Assembly (NCBI GenBank): GCA_964016885.1
Contig: OZ024741.1
Coordinates: 340,008,001 to 340,072,000, forward strand
Reading direction: 5' to 3'
Length of the DNA: 64,000 nt
Origin: Eledone cirrhosa
Lineage: Eukaryota
This document shows, piece by piece, positions 45,101 to 56,339 of this stretch. The notes under the pieces are model-generated. The model did no database searches and was not told the DNA's origin. It saw only the letters and a list, made by a program, of their open reading frames with translations. The stretch's first letter is position 1, and each line of letters begins with the position of its first letter. The position numbers and the translations under genes are program-made.

Positions 45101-45820
45101 AAGGGCGGTGGATTGGCAGTATCAGTAGAGGGTCGGACGCTATGCTTTCCAGCATAGTTACCTCCCTTTACCATCTGAGTTCAAATCCCGCCGAGGTTGA
45201 CTTTGCCTTTCATCCTTACGGGGTCGATAAAATAAAGTACCAGTAATGCACTGGGTAATTGCTGGCCTTCTGCCTAAAGTAGAAACAATTATTTATTTCA
45301 GCAATCAGATCATTGTCTGCTTCGGATGGTTCCTCCGTTCTCTCAACCTCTTCACCTTCATTTCCCACTGGCTCGTTTGCCTGGCATACTCCACTCACCA
45401 TTTCCAACCTAATCTCTCTGCTCAGTTCCTCCAGTTCCAGCTCGCTTATCCACCCATTAGTTCTTATTACCCGAGCCTGCCCGGCCAATTTTTGTTCATC
45501 TAATTTAAATAGACCAATCTCGTTCCAGATGTTATGCATCCGTTTCCTATAGCCTTTTTTATTGGGGTTACTCTTCAGGTAACATTGCATAACAGTTCTA
45601 TTCAATTCTTTCGTCCAGTTGGTTCTGGTCCCTTTCCTTCTTCTTCTTCCTCCAACACCAGCAGTATTTGGATGACAGCCAGGTCCCTGCTGCTGGGCCA
45701 GGGAGCACCTGCTGGGTGAGAGTCTGTCACATGACATTACAGTCTCCACTTCACCGTTATTCGAACTGTTTAGGTTCGACATTTAAGCACTCATATCGAG
45801 GATTGGTGAATGTATGGTTA
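42134..45820 (-). mobile_element. Near full-length, frameshifted R4/Dong-like non-LTR retrotransposon (single ORF: RT plus restriction-like endonuclease)
   Basis: N-terminus WTKELNRTVMQCY..GYRKRM..EQKLAGQ; RT NWKSPGPDG, NYRPITCL, EQKG, HLLFMDD, YKYLG; C-terminus CRIC, RHD, RPDLV, RYQDL. The 3' end abuts (TAA)n. Confidence 0.92.
45103..45287 (+). mobile_element. Full-length SINE inserted into the R4-like LINE
   Basis: 17-bp TSD ATTATTTATTTCAGCAA at 45086-45102 and 45288-45304. Confidence 0.93.
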
Positions 45821-46934
45821 CATAACTACCGGTGATTTTAGCGTGGCACCATCATTCTGTAGACGAACATAAATAAACAAACAAACAAATAGATAAAAAC
45901 CTAAAAAAAAAAAAAAAAAAAAAAAAAATAAGTTTCATTGTAATGTTTGAATGTCCGACTTAGTTTTTTTTTCTTTTTTTGTTTGTTTGTTTTTCTCCTT
46001 TGCGTTTTTCGTTTTACAAGGCCAGTAACATCGGTTACTAGTGTTGTTGCTGCTGCTGCTAAGGGGAGTAGGGGTTGTTGTGTTCAAGACTTTTGAAATT
46101 TGTGTCTGTTGTTGCGTTTGCTTCTGTCTGTGTTCTGTTCTATAATTTTTTCTATAATTTTTTTCCTTTCATCCCTACGGGGCCGACACCTCAAAGCACC
46201 TGCAACACACCGGAACAATTGCTGGCCCCGTGCCAAAAGCAGAAGCAATTATTATTATTATATTATAGTTTTGACATCGTTTGACATCGTTTAAACTAAA
46301 CATTTTGAGAGAGTTTAGAGATACAACAACATAATTATTTTGGTGTTGTTGTTGTTGTTGTTAGCTGTTTGACCGAGTCACTAACCCAGTCTATTTATAT
46401 CTTTTGATACCTTCCTCGCTTCTTTTCATGTGTAGCGGCACCACCACCCCTCTCTTAAGTAGTGAGGGAATAGTGGTGGTAGCGATTATGCAGTGGTGGC
46501 GGTGGTGATGGGACAGCAGTACTATAGGGATGGCGCTGGTTTGTATTTGGCTAGATTTTTTGTGGTAATGGTGATGGTGATGGTGGCAGCGGTGGTGGTG
46601 GTGCTGGTGGTGAAGTTATTTGGCTGTTGTTTTCTAGCCATTTTCTTTTCTGACTATAAAATTTCTGGTACAAAATTAAATATTAAATTAAATATTAAAT
46701 ATTGGAGCCCTATGCCGTAATGTGATGCGTTGCCACTTCCTGAGAGTTAAGACTGATATCTTACGTTTCATTTGTAATAAGAATTATTCTATCACAATTG
46801 TTTTAAATATGTAAAAAATCAAAAACTTACGGGAGCGATTCCATAATATATATCCACCATGTGCGTATCTTCCCTATTATTCTAGTCATGTCTTTAACTA
46901 CACATCGATAAAAGATATTATTATTATTATTATT

Positions 46935-47302
46935 ACAGCTGCATTTATCTTGCTTTATGTTCATACGAGTTATCACCAAGTCACAACCAGTGACCTCAAG
47001 AGACAACAAGGTCCGCCATGTTCAAGAAAGAACATACATACTCACAGATGCATCTTTAGGTGTTTAGACTTGTGATGTACTTATATTGACAGAATCTTCC
47101 TTAGTATATGGGCAGTTCCCATTAGTACTATCTTTTGTATTTCTCCTATACGCGGGTTTCCTGGGATTTGCGATAAGTAGTCATTAGACCCCTTAGGTAT
47201 CATTCCTAGAGCGCCTACAACCAGTGGTATTGTTTTAGTTCTCAATTTCCACATTTTTCCAATTTCTATCTCCAGGTCCTTATACTTGCTCAATTTTTCA
47301 AA

Positions 47303-47305
<3 letters not shown>
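46935..47305 (-). mobile_element. 3' fragment of a second R4-like LINE family
   Basis: KYKDLEIEIGKMWK..PLVVGALG..IQKIVLMGTAHILRKIL, with (TAA)n on both sides. Confidence 0.85.
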
Positions 47306-47344
<39 letters not shown>

Positions 47345-47632
47345 GTATATATGAATATATAATATGTTTAAAAGTAGGTATCGAGATATATATTATTTAT
47401 GTATATAGACAAAGTTAAGGGCCGAAACACTTGCTTGGGGGAAGCTTTTTCTCTGAAGACCTTCTGCTATCCAGCTCTCTTGTTTATGTGTGTAAGTGAG
47501 TATACGTGTGCAAGTATATGAGTGTATATGTGTATTAATTATTGATACGTACACATACATTTAACTAGTCATGTCTTTAACTACACATCGATAAAAGAAA
47601 AGCTGTTCTCATTACACACACACACACACATA

Positions 47633-47709
<77 letters not shown>

Positions 47710-48097
47710 ATATATCCAGGGATGTAACGCGGAGTTACTGTAGATAACGATGCCTAAACAGCACATCATACCCCCTACCCAATAGTAAAAGACCGCAATC
47801 TTTCATCTCATATCATACACCACATCCACATCCACACCACACGCAGCACCTCAGCCTCAATACATACACGCCAACATGTCTAGGGTTAGCCAAAATGCCA
47901 CATCCCGCTACTCACATCAACCTTTGCTCCTCACCACTAACTCGTCACGACGCTCGCCCCCCCCCCCCCCTACTATATTACAGGCGAAAACATTCCTCGT
48001 AATTAATCTACCAATCAAAACAACTTAAACTGACCAACATATGAACGTTGGACTTTTTGTATGCCATGTATATTCATTCTGTCATTACTACCACAGA

Positions 48098-48186
48098 GGT
48101 CCGACGAGCTTTTGATTCGAGAGTCGGGCTAGATCGATACAGATCGAACCTTGCTTGAGCTGATCAGTAGCGAAACGCGTATCACC
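48098..48186 (+). ncRNA. Degenerate hammerhead ribozyme
   Basis: CCGACGA-GCT...AGC-GAAA-CGCG-TA followed by AATAAA. One core substitution and a weak stem I. Confidence 0.45.
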
Positions 48187-48282
48187 AACCAATAAACGTA
48201 ATAAAGGAGAAACCATATATATAGATATATGCATAAGGAAAGTATATACTTTCAGATGTTCAATCATCTAACAGAAAGGTAT

Positions 48283-48325
48283 ACGATGCTGACGATAGCT
48301 AATAAGCTTGAAACTAGTACATCGT
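48283..48325 (+). ncRNA. Minimal (Penelope-type) type I hammerhead ribozyme
   Basis: ACGATG-CTGACGA-T-AGCT aata AGCT-T-GAAA-CTAG-TA-CATCGT. Stem I is 6 bp and stem III is palindromic. Confidence 0.82.
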
Positions 48326-48867
48326 TCCTGTCTCAGTGTTGAACAAAAGGGCGACGATGGTTGCCGAGCACTGTACGACGTAATTCGGGCTGTTTGTTTA
48401 CAAACAAACCGAGCATTATAATAAATGTTCGGTAAACCCATACGTACATATATATATGTGTGCATGTATGTATATATATATACATTCTAATGTGCGTCTG
48501 TACACATTTATGTATGTACGTATACATACTTATATTTAGGTATCAGCCGTACTAAGAGTGAGAAATGAAATTTCGTTTCATTCTTTTCCATATATACATA
48601 TATATATATATTCGTGGAAACCACTGCATATTCACGGAATCTTAAATATCTTATGCGATTTTTTTAATGGCTTTTATGGTGGCAATACGTATTTTTAACG
48701 CTAAATTATTAATAACAATATATAGTATTTGCCCGTCTATTGGACGCTCCTTTGACATTTATAGGGATTTTTATGGACCATGTCCAATATTCGCGGTTTT
48801 TTCACTATTCGTGATTGCTCTAGGATTACGTAAGCCCCACGAATACGGTGGGACTATTGTATATATA

Positions 48868-49023
48868 TAGGAAAATGCTCAAGACCCCGACGGCAGAGCT
48901 CAAGCCGTTTCGACGAAACGGCTTGAGCTCTGCCGTCGGGGTCTTGAACATTTTCCTACTACCCTAAGTATTGACTACTCTGGTGCGTTATGGTCCATCT
49001 GGTTCCTTACCACACTTCCTTCG

Positions 49024-49026
<3 letters not shown>
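48868..49026 (+). mobile_element. Hairpin-ended half-hammerhead element, copy 6 (centre deleted)
   Basis: Palindromic arms plus the shared tail, in (TA)n. Confidence 0.88.
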
Positions 49027-49071
<45 letters not shown>

Positions 49072-49390
49072 GATATTAACAAATGGAAACTATATTTATA
49101 AAACCATATCTATTTTATTATATATATATGTGTGTGTGTACTTGAGGAAAGTACAGTTTTAAGATTACATGAAGTGTCACAAGTGCAGTAGATTGCTCGT
49201 TTATACATTCTTGTCACAATATCTAATAAAACAAAGCGATAATTATATAATATACTTGCTGCTCACTGAAACCCTAACTCTTAATGAAGTCCTAGGGGTG
49301 CCGTCGTAACATACAATTGCTACGTATATAGTAGCTTTAAAAAATCAATGATCGAGATATGACCGCGTGAACCGTGATATTCTAGGACAA

Positions 49391-49483
<93 letters not shown>

Positions 49484-49875
49484 TGTGTGCGTATGTGTGT
49501 GTATAAACAAAAATAAATGGAAGAGAAAGCAATACATTTAAAAACAAGATTTATTTCTTACACAGTGTTTCGTCTAAAAGTACAATTATAATACACCAGG
49601 TCGACATATACCCGTATGCATATATATTACAATATTCATGTACTTAAGACTCTTCAGTATCATAGAGAAAAACTTCCCACCCAACAATAACTATCATAGG
49701 ATCCTTAACAAAAATAATGTAAAAATCTCTTACTCCACAACACCAAACTTTGTGGACGATATAGCATTCAGCAACTACAGTAAGCTCTCTAAGATTGCAC
49801 TCTCTAGTGATGTAAACAATAGAATGCCTCTTAACCATAGCCCAGTAATAATACTGATAATAATAATAAGAAGAA

Positions 49876-49946
<71 letters not shown>

Positions 49947-49949
49947 ATA

Positions 49950-50240
49950 ACCGATACCAGGATTTAAAGTAGGAGGTAAAAAGGATTTGGAACTGCCATG
50001 AAGTCAAAGTGGTCCCGATTGTCATAGGCGCACTAGGTACTATCTCAAAGAGTTTCCAAGGATGGTTAAAGAAAATTGGTTTCGCCCCGCTTTTTGGAAC
50101 ACTTCAAAAGGCATGCTTGCTGGGAACAGCAAGAACCCTCGGATACGTCCTGAATATCTGAGGCTGCAGGTAGTGGCTTAATATTCATTTCAACAAACTT
50201 TCCAGTTAAATAACATCAATGACTGAGACTCAAAGAACAA
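49950..50240 (+). mobile_element. 3' fragment of the same R4-like LINE as 42134-45820
   Basis: Near-identical reverse complement of 42134-42420, with a (TAA)n tail. Confidence 0.92.
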
Positions 50241-50249
50241 TAATAATAA

Positions 50250-50438
50250 TAATTGTTTCTACTTAAGGCACAAGGCCAGCAATTACCCAGTGTATTACTG
50301 GTACTTTATTTTATCGACCCCGTAAGGATGAAAAGCAAAGTTAACCTCGGTGGGATTTAAACTCAGAATGGCATGAGCCGTAACTCTATACGTCAAAGCA
50401 TAGCGTCCAACCCTCTACCGATACGGCCAATCCACCGC
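50250..50438 (-). mobile_element. tRNA-headed SINE (Meta-type core)
   Basis: Near full-length reverse copy. Confidence 0.88.
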
Positions 50439-50447
50439 TGGTGGATT

Positions 50448-50740
50448 GGCCACAAGGGCTGACATCAAGAAAAACATTACAGGCGGCACAAGACGGTACA
50501 GGACGGTACGATGTGGGTTTTGTGCGTGTACATATTTTTATTATTTATAAAAGAAAAGAAGAAAAAAAAGACATAGAAACATATATATATAAACAATAAA
50601 AATGAAAATTGAACAATGAAAAAATTCCCCAATAGGGGGGAAACCTCCGAGGGTTACTCATGGCGAAAACCACACAAAAGACCACGACCACGACCATGTG
50701 TATATATGTGTACTGTTATTTTTTGTTTTTTTTTAAATTA
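50448..50740 (-). mobile_element. 3'UTR fragment of L1/Tx1-like LINE
   Basis: Shares CCCCAATAGGGGG and CCACAAGGG motifs with 7298-7666. Confidence 0.5.
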
Positions 50741-50859
50741 TAATCAATGTGCTGTATTAACTGGCTTACCAATGCACACTGAATTTATTTGCCCTAGATG
50801 TCAGGAAGACACTCGGCATATATCTCAGAAACAATAATGAAAGAAAATAAAAATAATAA

Positions 50860-50915
<56 letters not shown>

Positions 50916-51476
50916 ATGTCAATAAACTTACTGATCACTACCATGAAGAATAATGACAATAATGGTCATTGTAATAACGATAATATAAATAATTATTATA
51001 CGGAAAAAATGAAACGAAATTTCATTTCTCACTCTTAGTACGGCTGTTACTTATATTTAAATAATTATTATTATGGCGGTAATAATAATAAAAATAATAA
51101 TATTGATTCCTTTATTATTAGCGACGGTTATGATGGTGACCATTATGGCAACGATTATAATTCTAGCATGTTTAACATGCCTACTAGCACCGGCTTGGGT
51201 GAGAATAACCATAGCTTACATGATTACCATAATACAGTAGTAACTAGTAACCACAGGAACTGTAATTATAGGAACTCTAGCAACAGTCCACTACAGGGTC
51301 ATTGCCTAGTTAATAATGTGATCTATAAGTGCACAGTCACAACGGATAATAGTATTAAATCTTTCATAGGAGCTACCTCTACTAAATTCAAAACTGGATT
51401 TAGATCCCATTTTCATTATTTTAAGAATAGGAAACTCAAGTACTCAACTTCTCTCGTAAATTATATTACTCAATTA

Positions 51477-51694
51477 ATGGTTTCTTATATAGGCACAAGG
51501 CCAGCAATTTTGGAGGAGGGGAAAGTCGATTAAATCGACCCCAGTTCCTGACTGGTACTTTATTTTATCGACCCCGTAAGGACGAAAGGCAAAGTTCACC
51601 TCAGCGGGATTTGAACTCAGATCATAAAGGGCTGTAACTCTATGCTGCACAGCATGGCGAACGACCCTCTACCGATACTGCCAATCCATCACCC
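51477..51694 (-). mobile_element. SINE inserted in the PLE endonuclease ORF
   Basis: 11-bp TSD TTACTCAATTA at 51466-51476 and 51695-51705. The ORF resumes afterwards. Confidence 0.92.
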
Positions 51695-52324
51695 TTACTC
51701 AATTACTAGAATCCAACACTAGTTACACAAGCCAATGGAGTATAATAGACAGGGCAGCCCCTTATAACTTTAAAAAGAAATGTAATTTGTGTCTGATGGA
51801 GGTATATATTATACGCTCCGCACCTGCACTTATTAACAATAGAGTCGAAACAGTAATCAATTGCTCACACAGGCTTCCCTACTCTTTCTCTAACAGAGTC
51901 TATGATTCCATATAGCCATCTAAAATGTTCAGTCTTAATTTCCTCCCTCAACCCTAAAATATACCTCTATTAGCTATTCTCTATAGACTAGTCAATATCT
52001 TTTAATTAAAAATCTCCTTTTTCCTTCTTCCCCACGTTAATAAAACACTAGACCACTGCAGCTTATAATTGATGATTTGATTAAAGGCTGTACACCTTGG
52101 TCCCCAACACACCACCTAACATCTACTCTATCAATATCACTTAAATTTGGCAGGTTAATTTACAAAATACACTACAGTTACTTCCCTTAGATAATTATGT
52201 CCCTTTATAGCCGCCATTTTGGATAAATAAAATCGTTCTCCTTTTAAACGAATTACGGATCAAAGTATGAGTTCCGATGTCTATATATGCCTCCAAGCAT
52301 TCCTTTGCAGGTATAATTATACCC

Positions 52325-52494
52325 GGTAGAGGTTCGGACGCCATGCTTTGACGCATAGAGTTACGGCCCTTGCCATTCTGAGTTCAAATCCCGCCGAGGT
52401 TAACTTTGCCTTTCATCCTTACGGGGTCGATAAAATAAAGTACCAGTAATGTACTGGGTAATTTTCTGGCCTTGTGCCAATAGTAGAAACAATT
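52325..52494 (+). mobile_element. tRNA-headed SINE (Meta-type core)
   Basis: Core and tail present, with a slightly truncated head. Confidence 0.88.
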
Positions 52495-52570
52495 AATGAG
52501 TAGCTTTGCTTTGCTGTCATACAGATTGGACTTTCCTTCCAGCAACATCCTTAAATACAAGAATGTTTTA

Positions 52571-52671
52571 TTCTCTGGAGAGTCTTAAGTACATGAATAT
52601 TGTAATGTACACACATATATGTCGACCTGTTGTATTGTCATTGTACTTTTAGATGAAACACTGTGTAAGAA
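52571..52671 (+). ncRNA. Hammerhead ribozyme in PLE 3' pLTR (one core substitution)
   Basis: TTCT-CTGGAGA-GTCT..AGTACA...TGTACT..AGAT-GAAA-CACTGTG-TA-AGAA. The inverted copy (49514-49657) retains CTGAAGA and AGAC-GAAA. Confidence 0.72.
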
Positions 52672-52736
52672 ATAAATCTTGTTTTTAAATGTATTGCTTT
52701 CTCCTTCTGCATTTAGCTCTCATTAAATATTAGCCT

Positions 52737-52996
52737 GGGCGGTGGATTGGCAGTATCGGTAGAGAGTCGGACGCCATGCTTTCCAGCATAGTTACATCCC
52801 TTTATTAGCCAGGGCGGTGGATTGGCAGTATCGGTAGAGAGTCGGACGCCATGCTTTCCAGCATAGTTACATCCCTTTACGGTCTGAGTTCAAATCCCGC
52901 CGAGGTTAACTTTGCCTTTCATCCTTACGGGGTCGATAAAATAAAGTACCAGTAATGCACTGGGTAATTGCTGGCCTTGTGTCTAAAGTAGAAACA
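52737..52996 (+). mobile_element. SINE with duplicated head
   Basis: Head repeated at 52737 and 52811. TSD ATTAAATATTAGCCT at 52722 and 52997. Confidence 0.9.
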
Positions 52997-53135
52997 ATTA
53001 AATATTAGCCTCATTATAATATTTAACATTGCATCTTTAAGCATAGAGCGCACTTCGCTTCGGCTATAAGCATCTAATATATTATACATAGTTCTTTCTC
53101 CTCTGTTCTTATGATATATGTCTCTTTCTTCTATA

Positions 53136-53194
<59 letters not shown>

Positions 53195-53200
<6 letters not shown>

Positions 53201-53556
53201 GTAACCTGAGTTTTTCGAATATTAATAATAACATTCGATTTGTTTGCAATTTTGCAAACAAGCCTCAATTTTGTAGCCATGTCAGGAGAATGAACACTAC
53301 ATTCTTGCTCTTGTGTTGGCATGCGAACAGAACTGCAGACACTAATGTTTCTGGGTATCACCCTTCATCAGTACAGCTCACTGTTCACCTGCCAAACTGT
53401 CAGAGCTAGTGAAAATATATGCTATTTTCAAAAATGTGTTCATTCTCAAAAATGTGTTCATTCTACTGACATGGCTATAAAATTGAGGCTTATTTGCAAA
53501 ATTGCAAACGAATCGAATGTTATTATTAATATTCGAAAAACTCAGATTACATTTAT
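53195..53556 (-). mobile_element. Small element: ~100-bp inverted arms around a hammerhead
   Basis: Arms at 53195-53297 and 53454-53556. Confidence 0.8.
53318..53393 (-). ncRNA. Type I hammerhead ribozyme (intact core, GUC site, extended stem I)
   Basis: Minus: GGCAGGTGAACAGTGAGCTGTA-CTGATGA-AGGG tgata CCCA-GAAA-CATTAGTG-TC-TGCAGTTCTGTTCGCATGCC. Confidence 0.82.
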
Positions 53557-53719
53557 TGTATTCAGCCATGTAGAGCGAAATTTTCTTTTTTATTTGAATT
53601 TGGCAAAGCCGGCCATTTATCGCTCGTATACAGGAAACTGACTTGCCAGTCTGCTGATAGGCAAATCTGGCTGATCAGTGGATCTGTTAATATGCAGATC
53701 TGACCAGTCTGCTAATATG

Positions 53720-53825
53720 CAAATCCCGCCGAGGTTAACTTTGCCTTTCATCCTTACGGGGTCGATAAAATAAAGTACCAGTAATACACTGGTTAATTGC
53801 TGGCCTTGTGCCAATAGTAGAAACA
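53720..53825 (+). mobile_element. Truncated SINE within a 67-bp flank duplication
   Basis: 53522-53588 is duplicated at 53826-53892. Confidence 0.8.
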
Positions 53826-53911
53826 ATTATTAATATTCGAAACACTCAGATTACATTTATTGTATTCAGCCATATAGAGCGAAATTTTCTTTATATATTT
53901 ATATATATGTA

Positions 53912-54042
<131 letters not shown>

Positions 54043-54059
54043 CTCTCTCTATATATATA

Positions 54060-54290
54060 AGATTCCATTTTAGATCCAGTCTTCTTCTCAACAAGAAAGA
54101 TGAACAAACCTGCCTCAACACTTAATTTTAAATCTTTAACTTTTAATTCTTTTTAATTCTTTTTAATTCTTTTTAATTCTAATACTCAACATTTGATAAG
54201 ATGGATTTCACTGATACATCGAAACCGGTTATATTTTATATACATTATAAAACTTTTCTTTTAAATTGTCCCTCTCATTTTTTCAACAAT
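54060..54290 (+). mobile_element. PLE 3' end with degenerate hammerhead (54188-54235)
   Basis: LLNKKDE-type ORF end, then AACAT-TTGATAA-GATG...CATC-GAAA-CCGG-TT-ATATT. Confidence 0.5.
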
Positions 54291-54414
54291 GTTACTTTGA
54301 CGAATCAAAGAAGAAAAAAAGAAAAACAGATCCTTTAAATATACTTTTCATGCTATTTCCAATTCCACTTTTTCTCTATAACCTGTTTTGTATAGAACCT
54401 CACTACTTTTTCAA

Positions 54415-54446
<32 letters not shown>

Positions 54447-54447
54447 A

Positions 54448-55270
54448 CTAGCTGCAGTACTCGGTAATACCCGGGAAAGGTGGGGTTATTCGCAGTTCCC
54501 AGAGTGCGCCTGAAAATGATAACGACCCTGAGTGCCCATACTGGATTTTCAATAGCAACCTTTGCTAGGTGTGTTTATGGCAGATCAATGTTTTTGTGTA
54601 GAACTATTAATAGCTGTTTAAGTCATTCTTCCATACATCTTTCTTCATACAGAGTGAATAAGCCGGGGAGGTTTGAGCTCGAAGAGTATTGAACTTATTC
54701 CATAAATTTATATATAAGAATAGCAAACTTACTGCCTTGGCACTCAAGAACAAACACAGAACAATTAAGGAAGTCATCGGAATTATTGAAGAAATTATAA
54801 CCGAGTGAACATATTCAGGTACTGTTCAAACACCCTGTATATCATCGTAGGTAAAGTCCTTCGAATGACTGAAGCAATTCAATAAAACCATCCCGTGTTT
54901 TCCCTGTAGTAGACATAACCCGAGAAAACACACTATAATAAATCGGATAAACAATCAGAAGTGTTGACCCTAAAGAGGGCCTTGCAACGTTCACTGTTTC
55001 AAAGTGTTATAATTTGGGAGAAGTTACATCTTAATTCGTGTTAATCTTCCCACGATCCGACACCTCGAAATATCGACAAAATAAACTCTACTCTCAATTA
55101 ACTCTACTTACAATTAACATGCCGGGAGTACGAATATTCGTCAACATACGATTTTGGTTTTATTCTTCGGACTAATCTCATGGTAAGCCAACTTTCAGGT
55201 CATTGATCATCACACTTTTTTATAACTGATCACCGATTCCTGCAGTGTTTAGGATGGTGTGGGGGTAGGG
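54448..55270. mobile_element. Possible Helitron/Helentron-derived fragment
   Basis: Starts CTAGCTGCAGTACTCGGTAATACCCGGG, resembling the CTAG..CCCGG..CCCGGG hairpin end of such elements. No clear protein motif is readable. Confidence 0.3.
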
Positions 55271-55940
55271 AGATGTGTAGTTGATGACGGCAGGGAAATA
55301 GGTTTGTCTATATAATTGTGGAATAGTATTTATATACGTGTGTGTAAATGTGAACGTGTGGGTGTGAACGCATATGCATGCGTGTGTATAGATGTGCATG
55401 AATATATGCGTGTATGCACGTGTATGTACGGGCCTGTGTGTTTTGTATAGATGGTTGTGTTGTAGTATGTGTATGTCTGTGTTTATGTATGAGTGTATAT
55501 ATATATGTATGCGTATATGTCTCCATGTGTATGTATACGTGTGTACGTTTATTTGCGACAGTGTACGCATGTGTGTGTATATGTGTGCATATGTGTGTTT
55601 GTCTATATGTGAGAATTTATATACGTGTGCGTGTGTGTGATGCATTATGAACTTTACCTTTTTCAACTCACACAACCTGGGGATGGTAGGGCGGGGGAGG
55701 AGATGAAGTGGGGGGTGGAGATTAGGGGTAGGGTGGGGGAGGTGATGGAGGAGTGTGGGTGGAGATTAGGGGTAGGGTGACGGTTGGGGTAGGAGAAAAA
55801 CCAAATAATATCATGCGTACGTCTAGTGTATTCTTTTATACTTTTACACTTATACCGGTTTTACTAATTAGACTGCGGCCATGCTGGGGCACTGCAATGT
55901 TTAGTTTCCTGTTTTATTATAATTATTGTAGTCGTTACAA

Positions 55941-56240
55941 AGGCAGTGGATTGGCAGGATGGGTAGAGGGTCGGACGCCATGCTTTGCAGCATAGAGTTG
56001 CGGCCCTTTATGATCTGAGTTCAAACTTTTCCTTTCATCTTTACGATGTCGATAAAATAAAGTACCAGTAATGGTAAAATAAAGTACCAGTAAGTGCTGG
56101 CCTTGTGCCAAAAGTAGAAACATTATAGTACATAAAATAAAATTAAATTAAATTAAGTACCAGTCACACACTGAGGTCGATTTAATCGACTTTACCCTCC
56201 CCCAAAATTGCTGGCCTTGTGCCTATGTAAGAAACCGTTA
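55941..56240 (+). mobile_element. tRNA-headed SINE with rearranged/duplicated 3' part
   Basis: Head, core and two tail segments. The last tail runs into the minisatellite. Confidence 0.8.
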
Positions 56241-56339
56241 TTATTGTAGTTGTTGTTGCGATTGTTGTTGTGATTCTTGTTGTAGTAGTAGTTGTCTTTG
56301 TTGTGGTGGTAGTATTTGTTGTATTTGCTGTTGTTATTG

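Larger units (their letters stand above)
49514..52715 (+). mobile_element. 5'-truncated Penelope-like element with inverted 5' pLTR, GIY-YIG endonuclease and nested insertions
   Basis: 49514-49657 is the reverse complement of 52575-52715. Peptides are IIEKNFPPNNNYHRILNKNNVKISYS, CNYR..PLQGHCLVNNVIY..FIGATSTKFK and WSIIDRAAPY..CNLCL. Confidence 0.85.

Noticed and set aside
49638-49657. ATG start MYLRLFS of the 109-aa ORF
   Set aside because: It lies in the inverted pLTR copy. Real PLE coding similarity starts at about 49658.
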